This document shows, piece after piece, positions 1 through 9,173 of a stretch of DNA of 64,000 bases. This DNA is from Candidatus Woesebacteria bacterium (GTDB lineage: Bacteria; Patescibacteriota; Microgenomatia; UBA12405): NCBI GenBank assembly GCA_035402805.1, contig DAONDY010000002.1, forward strand, positions 229,111 to 293,110, written 5' to 3'. How positions within the stretch are numbered: position 1 is the stretch's first letter; every line of letters begins with the position of its first letter. The notes under the pieces were generated by a model. The model had not been told where the DNA came from. It did not search any database and was given only the letters and a program-made list of their open reading frames with translations. Position numbers and translations under genes: made by a program.

Positions 1-1365
1 TTTCAGGGATATAAATTTGAAGGAAAGGATTTGGCTTATGAGCTTAAAAGAACATATCCATATGGAGAATCGATGTCTTTTATAACGGGCTATGTGGGAA
101 AAGTTAACCAAAGCGATAAAGATAAGAATGAATGTGGAATAAAATTAGATGATGATGAAATAATAGGCAGAAGCGGGGTGGAATCGTTTTTAGATTGTCA
201 ATTAAGAGGGGAAGATGGAAGAAGATTGGTGGAAGTTGATGCTTTAGGAAAATATGTTAGAGAATTGGGAAGACAAGAACCGAAAGTATCTCCAGATTTA
301 GATCTATCAATAGATGCCTATTGGCAGGATAAAATTTATAAACTTTTGGATGGTAAAAAAGCGGTAGTAATTATTAGTGAACCAAAAACCGGAAAAATAA
401 TAAGTTTAGTATCTAGCCCAGGTTTTAATGCCAATGATTTTTCTTATGAGGTGGATTCGCTAAAGATTAAAGAATATTTGAATGATAATGAAAATTTACC
501 GATGATGAACAGGGCTATTTCTGGAAGATACAGTCCAGGGTCGGTCTTTAAAATAGTAATAGCAACGGCTGGTCTAGAAAGTGGAGTAATAAATAAAGAG
601 ACACAAATTGAAGACACTGGGATAATAAAGATTGGAGATTATTCTTATAAAACTTGGAGTGGAATTAGTGATGGGATGGTAAGTATAGTAAAAGCAATTA
701 AGAGATCAAACGATATCTTTTTTTATAAATTAGGAGAGATGTTAGGTTTGGATAGAATAGTTGATTGGGCTAAAAAATATGGTTATGGAACTAAAACAGG
801 AGTGGAATTAATTGGAGAATTAGATGGAATTGTGCCAGATTCGGAATGGAAAAAGAAGGTTAAAGGGGAAAATTGGTTTTTGGGAGATACTTATCATTTA
901 TCAATAGGACAGGGAGGCTTAAGTATTACTCCTTTGCAAGTTAATCAAATGACAAATATTATTGCCAATAAAGGAATGAAATGTAAAATGAGTATTTTGA
1001 AGAATAGTAAGGTTGAATGTGAAGATTTAAAACTGAAAAAAGAGAATGTGTCAACAATTATTGAGGGTATGAAAGCGGCTTGTAAAAGTGGAGGAACAGC
1101 TTGGCCTTTATTTAATTTTAAAACTGAAATTGCTTGTAAAACTGGAACAGCTGAAGTTGGTGATGGGAGTAAAGATACACAGGCTTGGTTGACAGCTTTT
1201 GCTCCGGCTGATGATCCTCAAATTTCAATTACAGTCTTGGTAGAAAGAGGCGGAGAGGGATCAGATGTGGCGGCGCCAATTGTGGGAGATATTTTAAAAG
1301 AATGGTTTGAAGAACCAAACACATTAGTGCCAAGATATACTAAAAATAGACAAGAAGCTGAATGA
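1..1365 (+). CDS. Penicillin-binding protein 2/FtsI-type transpeptidase, 5'-partial. The frame is open to the window start.
   Basis: Transpeptidase motifs SxxK (SVFK), SxN (SND) and KTG (KTGTAEVG). The ORF is open upstream of the first Met, and it ends at a TGA stop. Confidence 0.75.
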   Translation, partial: FQGYKFEGKDLAYELKRTYPYGESMSFITGYVGKVNQSDKDKNECGIKLDDDEIIGRSGVESFLDCQLRGEDGRRLVEVDALGKYVRELGRQEPKVSPDLDLSIDAYWQDKIYKLLDGKKAVVIISEPKTGKIISLVSSPGFNANDFSYEVDSLKIKEYLNDNENLPMMNRAISGRYSPGSVFKIVIATAGLESGVINKETQIEDTGIIKIGDYSYKTWSGISDGMVSIVKAIKRSNDIFFYKLGEMLGLDRIVDWAKKYGYGTKTGVELIGELDGIVPDSEWKKKVKGENWFLGDTYHLSIGQGGLSITPLQVNQMTNIIANKGMKCKMSILKNSKVECEDLKLKKENVSTIIEGMKAACKSGGTAWPLFNFKTEIACKTGTAEVGDGSKDTQAWLTAFAPADDPQISITVLVERGGEGSDVAAPIVGDILKEWFEEPNTLVPRYTKNRQEAE

Positions 1366-1406
1366 GATGGCATTTTTATCTGGCTTGACAAGGGGTGATA
1401 TTATAG

Positions 1407-3401
1407 ATGACAATGAAAGATAAAATGAAAAAATTATTAATTGTAGAGTCACCAACTAAAGCTAGAACTATTGGAAAATATTTAGGTAATGATTTTAAAG
1501 TATTGGCAACTGTAGGTCATATTCGTGATTTGCCGACTAATAAAATGGCAGTGGATTTGAAAAATTTTACAGTGGAATATGTCATTGATGCTAAGAAAAA
1601 AAAAGTAGTTGATGAGTTAATAAAGGCTTCAAAAAGCGCCGACCAAATATTTCTTGCCTCCGATCCTGATCGTGAGGGAGAAGCTATTTCTTGGCATGTA
1701 AATTGGATTTTATTAAATGCCAAAAAACCAGTTAAAAAAGAAATAATTTCCAGAGTGACTTTTCATGAAATTACCAAGGAAGCAGTAGAGGAAGCAATAA
1801 AGAATTCTCGAGAAATTGACATGAATTTGGTTCAAGCACAACAGGGTAGAAGAGTTTTAGACAGGGTGGTGGGTTATAGTTTATCTCCTCTTTTATGGAA
1901 AAAAGTTAGACGAGGATTATCGGCTGGCCGGGTTCAGTCAGTGGCAGTAAGACTCATTTGTGAAAGAGAAAAAGAAATTGAAGCTTTTAAAAAAGAAAAA
2001 TATTTTTCGGTTTATAGTGAATTGCAAAAAAACGGAGAAAAATTTAATGCTGAATTAATTAAAGTTGATCGAAAGAATGTTTATAAAACCGACAAAATAA
2101 AATTGTTTGACGGGGAATATTCTTTTACCAGTTCGATATTCAAGACACAGAATGATGCAGAAGAATATATTAAAAATTTAGAAAAGGATTTTTTAATAAC
2201 TAAAATTTCAGGGAAAGAAGTTCACAGATTGCCATTACCAGCATTTACGACATCAAAATTACAACAAGCGGCATCAAGAAAAATGGGTTGGTCGGGTAAG
2301 CAAACAATGAGTGTAGCTCAAAAACTTTATGAAAAAGGTTTAATTACTTATCACAGAACCGATTCTGTTTATTTATCAGAAAAATCAATTTTAGAATTTA
2401 GAAAATATATTAAAGAAAAATTTGGAGAAAATTATTTAGTTCCAAAAATTAGATTTTATAAAAATACTTCAAAAAATGCTCAAGAGGCACATGAGGCAAT
2501 CAGACCGACAAATGTATCAAAACCATTTATTGATGATGGTGATGTTAGAGAAAATAAATTGTATGAAATGATTTGGAAAAGGGCAGTGGCCACTCAAGGA
2601 GCGGCGGCAATCGTGCAAAATACTACTGTATTATTTTCCAATAAAAACGGTATTTTTGAATCAAAAGGAGTAAGAATGTTGTTCGATGGATTTTTAAAAA
2701 TTACTGGTGATAAACATGAGGATCAGTTGTTACCAGAGTTGAAAGAAAATGAAAAAATTAATGGTAAAAAAAATTGGTCGGTAGAGTCGGAAACTAATCC
2801 AATGCCGCGATATAGTGATGCCAGTTTAGTTTCTAGTTTAGAAAAACAAGGAATTGGTAGACCATCAACTTATGCACCAATTATTTCAACCATTTTATTA
2901 AGACAATATGTGGAAAGAGAAGAAGGTAAATTTAAACCGACAGTTTTAGGTCAAGCGACTAATGAGTTTTTAGTTAAGAATTTTGCCAATGTTTTATCTC
3001 TACCTTTTACAGCTGAAATGGAAGAAGACTTGGATAAAATTGCCTTGAATAAGATTGAGTGGGAAGAGATGATGAAAAATTTTTGGAAACAATTCGAAAA
3101 AGAGTTGAAACTAGCTGAAAGTGGAAGTGAAAGAGTAAAAGTGGAAGCAGAAAAAACTGGGGAAAAGTGTCCACAATGTGGCGAAGGAGAGTTGGTGATT
3201 AGATTAGGAAGATTTGGTAAGTTTATTTCTTGCAACAGATTTCCGGATTGCAAATATACTAGACCGTTTCAGGAAGCGGCTGGATTTAAATGTCCAGAAT
3301 GTGGAGCTGATGGAGTGGTTCGTAAAACTAAGACTGGTAGAAAGTTCTATGGATGTTCGAAATATCCGACCTGTAAATGGGCTGGGTGGAAAAAACCTTA
3401 A
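1407..3401 (+). CDS. topA: DNA topoisomerase I
   Basis: N-terminal TOPRIM (LLIVESPTKARTIGKYLG). C-terminal C4 zinc ribbons (CPQCGEGEL...CNRFPDC, CPECGADG...CSKYPTC). Confidence 0.9.
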   Translation: MTMKDKMKKLLIVESPTKARTIGKYLGNDFKVLATVGHIRDLPTNKMAVDLKNFTVEYVIDAKKKKVVDELIKASKSADQIFLASDPDREGEAISWHVNWILLNAKKPVKKEIISRVTFHEITKEAVEEAIKNSREIDMNLVQAQQGRRVLDRVVGYSLSPLLWKKVRRGLSAGRVQSVAVRLICEREKEIEAFKKEKYFSVYSELQKNGEKFNAELIKVDRKNVYKTDKIKLFDGEYSFTSSIFKTQNDAEEYIKNLEKDFLITKISGKEVHRLPLPAFTTSKLQQAASRKMGWSGKQTMSVAQKLYEKGLITYHRTDSVYLSEKSILEFRKYIKEKFGENYLVPKIRFYKNTSKNAQEAHEAIRPTNVSKPFIDDGDVRENKLYEMIWKRAVATQGAAAIVQNTTVLFSNKNGIFESKGVRMLFDGFLKITGDKHEDQLLPELKENEKINGKKNWSVESETNPMPRYSDASLVSSLEKQGIGRPSTYAPIISTILLRQYVEREEGKFKPTVLGQATNEFLVKNFANVLSLPFTAEMEEDLDKIALNKIEWEEMMKNFWKQFEKELKLAESGSERVKVEAEKTGEKCPQCGEGELVIRLGRFGKFISCNRFPDCKYTRPFQEAAGFKCPECGADGVVRKTKTGRKFYGCSKYPTCKWAGWKKP

Positions 3402-3609
3402 TCGTTTTTTAGATTCAGTTTTTTAAGATTTTCTTGGGAACATTTGGTGCAGTCAGACTTGAAAATTAATTTATCGACCCAAAAGAAAATTAAACCGCCA
3501 ATTAAATTAGCAAAAATGGTGGCTTTTATCCCGGTGCCAAGATTTTTAACAACCAACCAAAGAATAGGGGTGCTGAGTTGCCAACGAAAAAGATAGAGCA
3601 GAAATTTTT

Positions 3610-5778
3610 TTAAACTATTTTTTTGCCCCATCTTTGTTGAGAAGTATTTATAAGTTTGGCTCGTTGTTGATTTTTACAGGAAAGTGGGGCTAAAGTAGTG
3701 GCATAAAAAGGTTCGGTAGTTTCTGAGTCTATAGAAAGTTTACAGACAATTTGATATTTCCCAATTTTAATTAAATCTTCAGGAGGGAAGGCAGGTCCAA
3801 ATTCTTTAGCTAAGATAAAAGCATCCTGATTACCAACTACAAAAGACATAATTGAACCGACGTTGCCTAAAATGGCGTCTTGGATAGTTTTGTCGAGCTG
3901 TGACATATATTGGTTGGCGACGATTAAATTTAATTTAAATTTACGAGCTTCAGAAAGAATTTTAATAAAAGCTTCAGTGGCAAAATTTTGGAACTCATCA
4001 ACGTAGAGATAAAAATCGGAACGATCTTCACTGGCTTGAAAAACACGATTCATAGCTGAGAGTTGGATTTGAGTAATTAACATGGCGCCTAATAGAGAAG
4101 AATTATCTTCACCAAGACGACCAGTGGATAAATCAGCAATTAAAATCTTCTTTTGATCCATTATTTCTTGGATATTTATTTTTGATTTAGCATGGGCGAC
4201 AGTATTTCTAATATTTGTTGAAGAAATAAACTGGCCAACTTTATTTAAGATAGGGGAAACAGCTTCGTTTTGGAACTTAGGATCCATGCGATCGAATTCA
4301 TTATGCCAAAAATTAATTAAGGTTTGATTGGTTAATTGAGAGACTGCTTTTTGGCGGAAATTTTTATTAGTTAAAATTTCAACGATATGGGTCATATCGG
4401 ATCCTGGAATATTGACTAGAGTTAAAACGGCATTTCTTAAGATATGTTCAAGACGAGGACCCCAAGAAATATTGCCATAAAGTTTTTTAAAAATTGAAAG
4501 AACACCAGAAGCAATCAATTCTTTTTGATTTTCATTTTTGGCCTCTAAAACATTGAGAGGATAGGCATATTCTGGATCAGCTGGATTAAAATAACAACAA
4601 TCGTTAATACGATTACTAGGAATGTAATCAAGGATGGTATTACATAAATCACCGTGAGGATCGATAACAGCAACGCCTCGACCTTTACGAATATCGTCAA
4701 TGGCCATATTGGCAATTAAAGTTGTTTTACCAGTACCAGATTTACCGATAATGTAGGTATGGCGGCGGCGATCTTCGCCTTGTTTAATACCAAAAATAGA
4801 GTCTTTATTTCTAAATTCAGTTTTAGCAAAAAAAGTAATTTCATTTTTTTGTTCAGGAGTGAGATTATCGGCAATTGGAAGATTTTCTGGCGGATCGGCA
4901 TAAAGTTTCTTACCCCAGGCAATATTGGGAAGCTTGGTATTTTGGTTGGGAAAATGCCAAATGGCGGCTAATTCTTCGGTATTAAATATTTGGCTTTTTA
5001 ACTTGGAATTAAATTTGCGAAGGCAAATAGATTCTCGAAGTTTCTTTTTAGTGAAGAAAACAGGGGTAAAATTTTTAATAAAATTACCACGAGGGTTGGT
5101 GTAGGCACCAAAAGAAGAGGAAACTGAAGAAATAAGTCCGGGATTATTGCTCAAAAGATTAATTTGGGTATAAAGACCGGGAAATTGAATTTTTTGTTCA
5201 AAAATGGCTTTGTCAGGATGGGCGGTACGAATATTTCTTTCTTTATCGACCAAAATGCCATTTTGAATGGTGCCAATAATTCCACTTTGCCAATTTTTGG
5301 GAGCACCGCTTAAAAGAATTTGGAAGAGAAAAAAATCTTTATTGTTATTAGACCTGGAAAGGGGAGCTAAAACGGAAGTTAAAGGATCGGTATCTTTAAA
5401 ATCTTTGGCGGTTTTAGTGGGGTAATCGTAAGATCGGCCTAAACCAAGCTGAGTAAAACTAATGGGTAATTGAGGATCGAGTTCTAAAAGGTAATCTTTG
5501 GTTTCTCGTAAAATAGCAGTGGAATACTGGGCGAGGATTTGGGAACGAAGAAACTCACTATTATTAGAAAGGGCGGCGATATAAAAATGAATTTGGCCAT
5601 CTTTCAAAACTATTTCTAACGAAACAATGGTTTTCTTTTTGCCAATTATTTTTTCAAAAAACGAAAGATTGGAAAATTGGGTGAAATTTGATAAAAGGGC
5701 AGACATCGATTCAAAAGTGTGTTCATTGGTTTGAGGTAGACGAACTTCAAAAATTGAAAGACTGGCAGTGTCAGACAT
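3610..5778 (-). CDS. FtsK/HerA/TraG-superfamily P-loop ATPase, resembling a type IV secretion coupling protein or DUF87
   Basis: Walker A GKSGTGKT is followed by DPHGDL. A Walker B-like YLYVDEFQNF and an ANQYMSQL tail are typical of TraD/VirD4/HerA-like ATPases. No N-terminal TM segments. Confidence 0.5.
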   Translation of the reverse strand: MSDTASLSIFEVRLPQTNEHTFESMSALLSNFTQFSNLSFFEKIIGKKKTIVSLEIVLKDGQIHFYIAALSNNSEFLRSQILAQYSTAILRETKDYLLELDPQLPISFTQLGLGRSYDYPTKTAKDFKDTDPLTSVLAPLSRSNNNKDFFLFQILLSGAPKNWQSGIIGTIQNGILVDKERNIRTAHPDKAIFEQKIQFPGLYTQINLLSNNPGLISSVSSSFGAYTNPRGNFIKNFTPVFFTKKKLRESICLRKFNSKLKSQIFNTEELAAIWHFPNQNTKLPNIAWGKKLYADPPENLPIADNLTPEQKNEITFFAKTEFRNKDSIFGIKQGEDRRRHTYIIGKSGTGKTTLIANMAIDDIRKGRGVAVIDPHGDLCNTILDYIPSNRINDCCYFNPADPEYAYPLNVLEAKNENQKELIASGVLSIFKKLYGNISWGPRLEHILRNAVLTLVNIPGSDMTHIVEILTNKNFRQKAVSQLTNQTLINFWHNEFDRMDPKFQNEAVSPILNKVGQFISSTNIRNTVAHAKSKINIQEIMDQKKILIADLSTGRLGEDNSSLLGAMLITQIQLSAMNRVFQASEDRSDFYLYVDEFQNFATEAFIKILSEARKFKLNLIVANQYMSQLDKTIQDAILGNVGSIMSFVVGNQDAFILAKEFGPAFPPEDLIKIGKYQIVCKLSIDSETTEPFYATTLAPLSCKNQQRAKLINTSQQRWGKKIV

Positions 5779-5835
5779 AAAACTATTTTAGCAATATTTT
5801 AAGTAAAATGATGAAACTACAGAGATTTGTTTTTG

Positions 5836-5844
5836 TGATATAAT
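5836..5844 (+). promoter_or_regulatory. Extended -10 element (TGaTATAAT) upstream of rpsB
   Basis: tgatataat lies about 90 nt upstream of the rpsB ATG, in the divergent intergenic region. Confidence 0.35.
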
Positions 5845-5934
5845 TTCCAAGTTAATATTTTTTAAATTTTTAACACTTATTTATCCTGGGCAAATTATTC
5901 CCTGTGTTAAAAATCAATAATAAGGAAAAACAAA

Positions 5935-6843
5935 ATGGTAGACAAAAAAAAGATCAAGGTAAAAACCGTTAACCGAAGTGGAAAATCTTTGGTTAAAAAA
6001 GCTTTAGTGGTTAAGACTAAAATTCAAAGCAATATCACTTCAGAAAACATCAAAAAGATGAATGAAAAAGTGGCAGCGCAAAAGGAAGCTTTGGCAAATA
6101 AAAAGAACGAGGAAGTGGAAACAGTTAAGAAGGAAGTTGTCAAAGAAGATAAAAAATACAATTTAACTATTGGATTAAAAGATTTATTAAATGCTGGAAG
6201 CCATTTAGGACACAAGATTTCTAAGACTCATCCAAAATCTTTGGTAAACGTTTATACCCAAAAAGATGGGGTTCAAGTTTTTGATTTAGTTAAAACCCTT
6301 GATGCTTTAGAAAAAGCCTGCAATTTTATTTATAATGCCAAAAGAAATGGTAAACAGATAGTTTTATTGGGAACAAAAAGACAAGCCAGAGAAGTTGTTA
6401 GACGAGTAGCTATGGAAGCTGGGGTTCCTTATGTCACAGACAGATGGTTAGGTGGAACAATTACTAATTGGGAACAAATTAAAAAGAATACTAAAAAACT
6501 AACTGATCTTAGAGATGGTATTTCAAAGGGAAAATTTGCTGAGGCAACCAAAAAAGAAATATCAGAAATCAATAAAGAAATTGCTAGATTAGAAAAAATA
6601 GTTGGTGGTTTAGTTAATGTTGATAAATTTTTTGATATTTTATTTGTAGTTGATGCTGGTTTTGAAAAAACTGCCATTAAAGAGGCCAGTATTAGAAATG
6701 TTAAAACCGTGGGAATAGTTGATAGTGATACTAACCCATTTAAAATCAATTTTGCAATCCCAGCAAATGATGACAGTGTTAAAAGTGTGACTTTAATTGT
6801 GGAAGAAATTGGAAAGGCAATTAAAGCAGCAGGAGTTAAATAA
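5935..6843 (+). CDS. rpsB: 30S ribosomal protein S2 with a ~75-aa Lys/Glu-rich N-terminal extension
   Basis: The core LLNAGSHLGHKISKTHPKS matches the S2 N-terminal signature. The canonical S2 start aligns near residue 78. rpsB-tsf synteny. Confidence 0.85.
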   Translation: MVDKKKIKVKTVNRSGKSLVKKALVVKTKIQSNITSENIKKMNEKVAAQKEALANKKNEEVETVKKEVVKEDKKYNLTIGLKDLLNAGSHLGHKISKTHPKSLVNVYTQKDGVQVFDLVKTLDALEKACNFIYNAKRNGKQIVLLGTKRQAREVVRRVAMEAGVPYVTDRWLGGTITNWEQIKKNTKKLTDLRDGISKGKFAEATKKEISEINKEIARLEKIVGGLVNVDKFFDILFVVDAGFEKTAIKEASIRNVKTVGIVDSDTNPFKINFAIPANDDSVKSVTLIVEEIGKAIKAAGVK

Positions 6844-6876
6844 GTTTAAAGTTATAAAGTTTATAAAGTTAAAAGT

Positions 6877-7335
6877 ATGGATAACAATAAAATAATTGAA
6901 TTAGTTAAAAAAATTAGAGCTGAATTAGGCTTGGGAATTATGGAAATAAAATCTGCTTTAGAAGAGGCGGATGGTGATGAAAAAAAAGCCAAAGAAATTT
7001 TAAAAGAAAAAGGTTTTAAAAAAGCAGAAAGTAAAGCTGAAAGAGAAACTCATCAAGGAAGAGTGGCAACTTATACTCATGCTACTGGTAAGATCGGTGT
7101 CATGGTGGAGTTACTTTGTGAAACTGATTTCGTGGCTAAACATGAAGATTTTTTGGCCTTAACCAAAGACCTTTGTTTGCAAATTGCGGCTATGAATCCA
7201 GAAACTGTCGAAGATTTAATGAAGCAAGAATTTATTAAAGATCCAAGTAAAACTATTGAAGAAATGGTCAAAACCTTGATTTCTAAATTTGGCGAAAATA
7301 TGAAAATCAACCGTTTTGCTAGATTTGAGATTTAG
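6877..7335 (+). CDS. tsf: Elongation factor Ts (short form)
   Basis: UBA-like N-terminus (IMEIKSALEEADGDEKKAKEILKEKG). C-terminal RFARFEI resembles the FVRFEVG end. Lies downstream of rpsB. Confidence 0.85.
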   Translation: MDNNKIIELVKKIRAELGLGIMEIKSALEEADGDEKKAKEILKEKGFKKAESKAERETHQGRVATYTHATGKIGVMVELLCETDFVAKHEDFLALTKDLCLQIAAMNPETVEDLMKQEFIKDPSKTIEEMVKTLISKFGENMKINRFARFEI

Positions 7336-7344
7336 AAATATAAA

Positions 7345-7424
7345 TTTTCGTCACAAATTTTTTATGTCTGATGAATGTGCGGTGCACGTTCAAGGCCATA
7401 AAAAATTATGACTTCAAATTTAAT
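7345..7424. repeat. Copy 1 of a ~85-nt conserved structured repeat element. A second copy lies at 14646-14728.
   Basis: About 85% identity to 14646-14728. AT-rich outer arms (gtcacaaattttttatg / cataaaaaattatgac) enclose an inner stem GAATGTGC-ggt-GCACGTTC. Copy 2 carries a compensatory stem change (GTGG...CCAC). Confidence 0.6.
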
Positions 7425-7432
7425 TAGTTTAG

Positions 7433-7457
7433 CCCTCCGAGAAATCGGAGGGTTTTT
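7433..7457 (+). terminator. Rho-independent terminator after tsf
   Basis: ccctccga-gaaa-tcggaggg stem-loop followed by ttttt. Confidence 0.75.
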
Positions 7458-7473
7458 GGTATAATTTAAGCAT

Positions 7474-8025
7474 ATGATAAATTTCACCGACGTAAAAACG
7501 AGAATGGAAAAGATTAGTGGTTTATTTGTTAATGACATTGCTTCAATAAGAACAGGTCGAGCTACCCCAGGATTGATTGAAAATGTGGTAGTGACTGTTT
7601 ATGGTGGCCAAAAAATGAAATTAATCGAATTAGGATCGATCGGGGTGCCGGATGTTCGTAGTTTAACTTTTGAAGCTTGGGATCAAACCTTGACTAGAGA
7701 AATTGCTAATGGAATAGCGGCGGCTAATATTGGAATGACACCAGCAGTTGATGGAAATACTATTAGAATGAGTTTGCCAATGTTGACAGTGGAACAGAGA
7801 GAGGATTATATAAAACTTTTAGGGAGAAAATTAGAAGGAGCTAGAGTAATGATTCGTGATGCTAGAGGCGATTTTAGAAATGGTTTACAAAAAGCTAAAA
7901 ACGATAAAACTATTTCCGAAGATGAATTTAAGAAAGATGAAACTGAACTACAAAAAACAACCGACCTTTATATAAATAAATTAGAAGAAATTGCTAAGAA
8001 GAAGGAATTAGAAATAAGGGGCTAA
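7474..8025 (+). CDS. frr: Ribosome recycling factor
   Basis: MINFTDVKTRMEKISGLF...IRTGRATPGLIE aligns with RRF. TATAAT at 7460-7465 lies only 8 nt before the ATG. Confidence 0.9.
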   Translation: MINFTDVKTRMEKISGLFVNDIASIRTGRATPGLIENVVVTVYGGQKMKLIELGSIGVPDVRSLTFEAWDQTLTREIANGIAAANIGMTPAVDGNTIRMSLPMLTVEQREDYIKLLGRKLEGARVMIRDARGDFRNGLQKAKNDKTISEDEFKKDETELQKTTDLYINKLEEIAKKKELEIRG

Positions 8026-8027
8026 TT

Positions 8028-9080
8028 ATGGATTTAATAATTTTTATAGTGGCTCTTTCCATTTTAGTTTTAGTTCATGAATTTGGACATTTTTTTGCAG
8101 CCAGAAGAACTGGAGTGAAAGTGGAGGAATTTGGTTTAGGTTTACCACCTAGAATATTTGGTAAAAAAATTAAAGATACTATATATAGTATAAATTGGTT
8201 GCCGATTGGTGGTTTTTGTAAATTATATGGTGAGGATGGTGATGGAAAAGGCGGAGAAGCTTTTAATCATAAAAAACCGTGGCAGAAATTGATAATAGTT
8301 TTGGGCGGGGTATTAATGAATTTGATTTTGGCAATTTTAATCTTTAGTGTGGTTTACACAATTTTGGGAATTCCAAAACAGACAGATAAAGTAAAAATTA
8401 TTGAAATTTCAAAAAATTCGCCGGCGGAAAAAGTTGGTTTAAAAGAAGAGGATGTCATTTTGAAAGTGGCTGATAAAGAAATTAAAGATCCAAATGAATT
8501 GACGGCTGAGGTGGCTAAATATAAAGGACAGTTTATCAAGTTAAAAGTTTATCAAGTTGATAAAGTTGAAAGAGAAATAAGTGTTGAGGTAAGAGAAAAC
8601 CCGCCAGAAGGGGAAGGGTCAATGGGAATTGCCATTTCTAATACGGAAATGGTCAAGATGCCTTGGTATAGAATTGATCAAGGAATTGTAGCTGGTTTTA
8701 AAGAAGCCTATTTTTGGGGTAAAATTATAGCTAGTGGAGTGTTTAAAATGATTGGAGGATTGTTTATGGGCCAGCTTCCAAAAGATGTTAGTGGTCCGAT
8801 TGGAATGTATGAAGCAACTAGTTCTATTAATAAAAATCAGGGATTTTTGGCAGTGGTTCATTTTTTTGGAATTGTGTCGGTTAATTTGGCGGTGGTAAAT
8901 ATTTTGCCTTTTCCAGCATTGGATGGAGGCAGAATTATTTTTGTGTTATATGAAATGATTACCAAGAAAAAAGCTAACCAGAAATTAGAAATGGTAGTGA
9001 ATAATATTGGAATGATATTATTATTGACTTTAATTTTGTTGATAACAGTGGGGGATATAAGCAGAGTGTTGGGAAAATAA
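8028..9080 (+). CDS. rseP: RIP site-2 zinc metalloprotease (RseP family) with PDZ domain
   Basis: HEFGHFFAARR (HExxH) in TM1, a central PDZ-like segment, and a C-terminal LDGG motif. Confidence 0.85.
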   Translation: MDLIIFIVALSILVLVHEFGHFFAARRTGVKVEEFGLGLPPRIFGKKIKDTIYSINWLPIGGFCKLYGEDGDGKGGEAFNHKKPWQKLIIVLGGVLMNLILAILIFSVVYTILGIPKQTDKVKIIEISKNSPAEKVGLKEEDVILKVADKEIKDPNELTAEVAKYKGQFIKLKVYQVDKVEREISVEVRENPPEGEGSMGIAISNTEMVKMPWYRIDQGIVAGFKEAYFWGKIIASGVFKMIGGLFMGQLPKDVSGPIGMYEATSSINKNQGFLAVVHFFGIVSVNLAVVNILPFPALDGGRIIFVLYEMITKKKANQKLEMVVNNIGMILLLTLILLITVGDISRVLGK

Positions 9081-9173
9081 AAATCAGTTTATCTTCAGTT
9101 GTTTTAGTAACTGATACGTTGACTTAATTTTTTAAAAGTGTTTTACTTTTCTATAAGATATTTTTTATAAAAA

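Noticed and set aside
6877-7335. EF-Ts looked truncated (152 aa)
   Set aside because: The sequence ends with the conserved RFARFEI motif and has the UBA domain. Short single-core EF-Ts forms are known, so it is probably intact.
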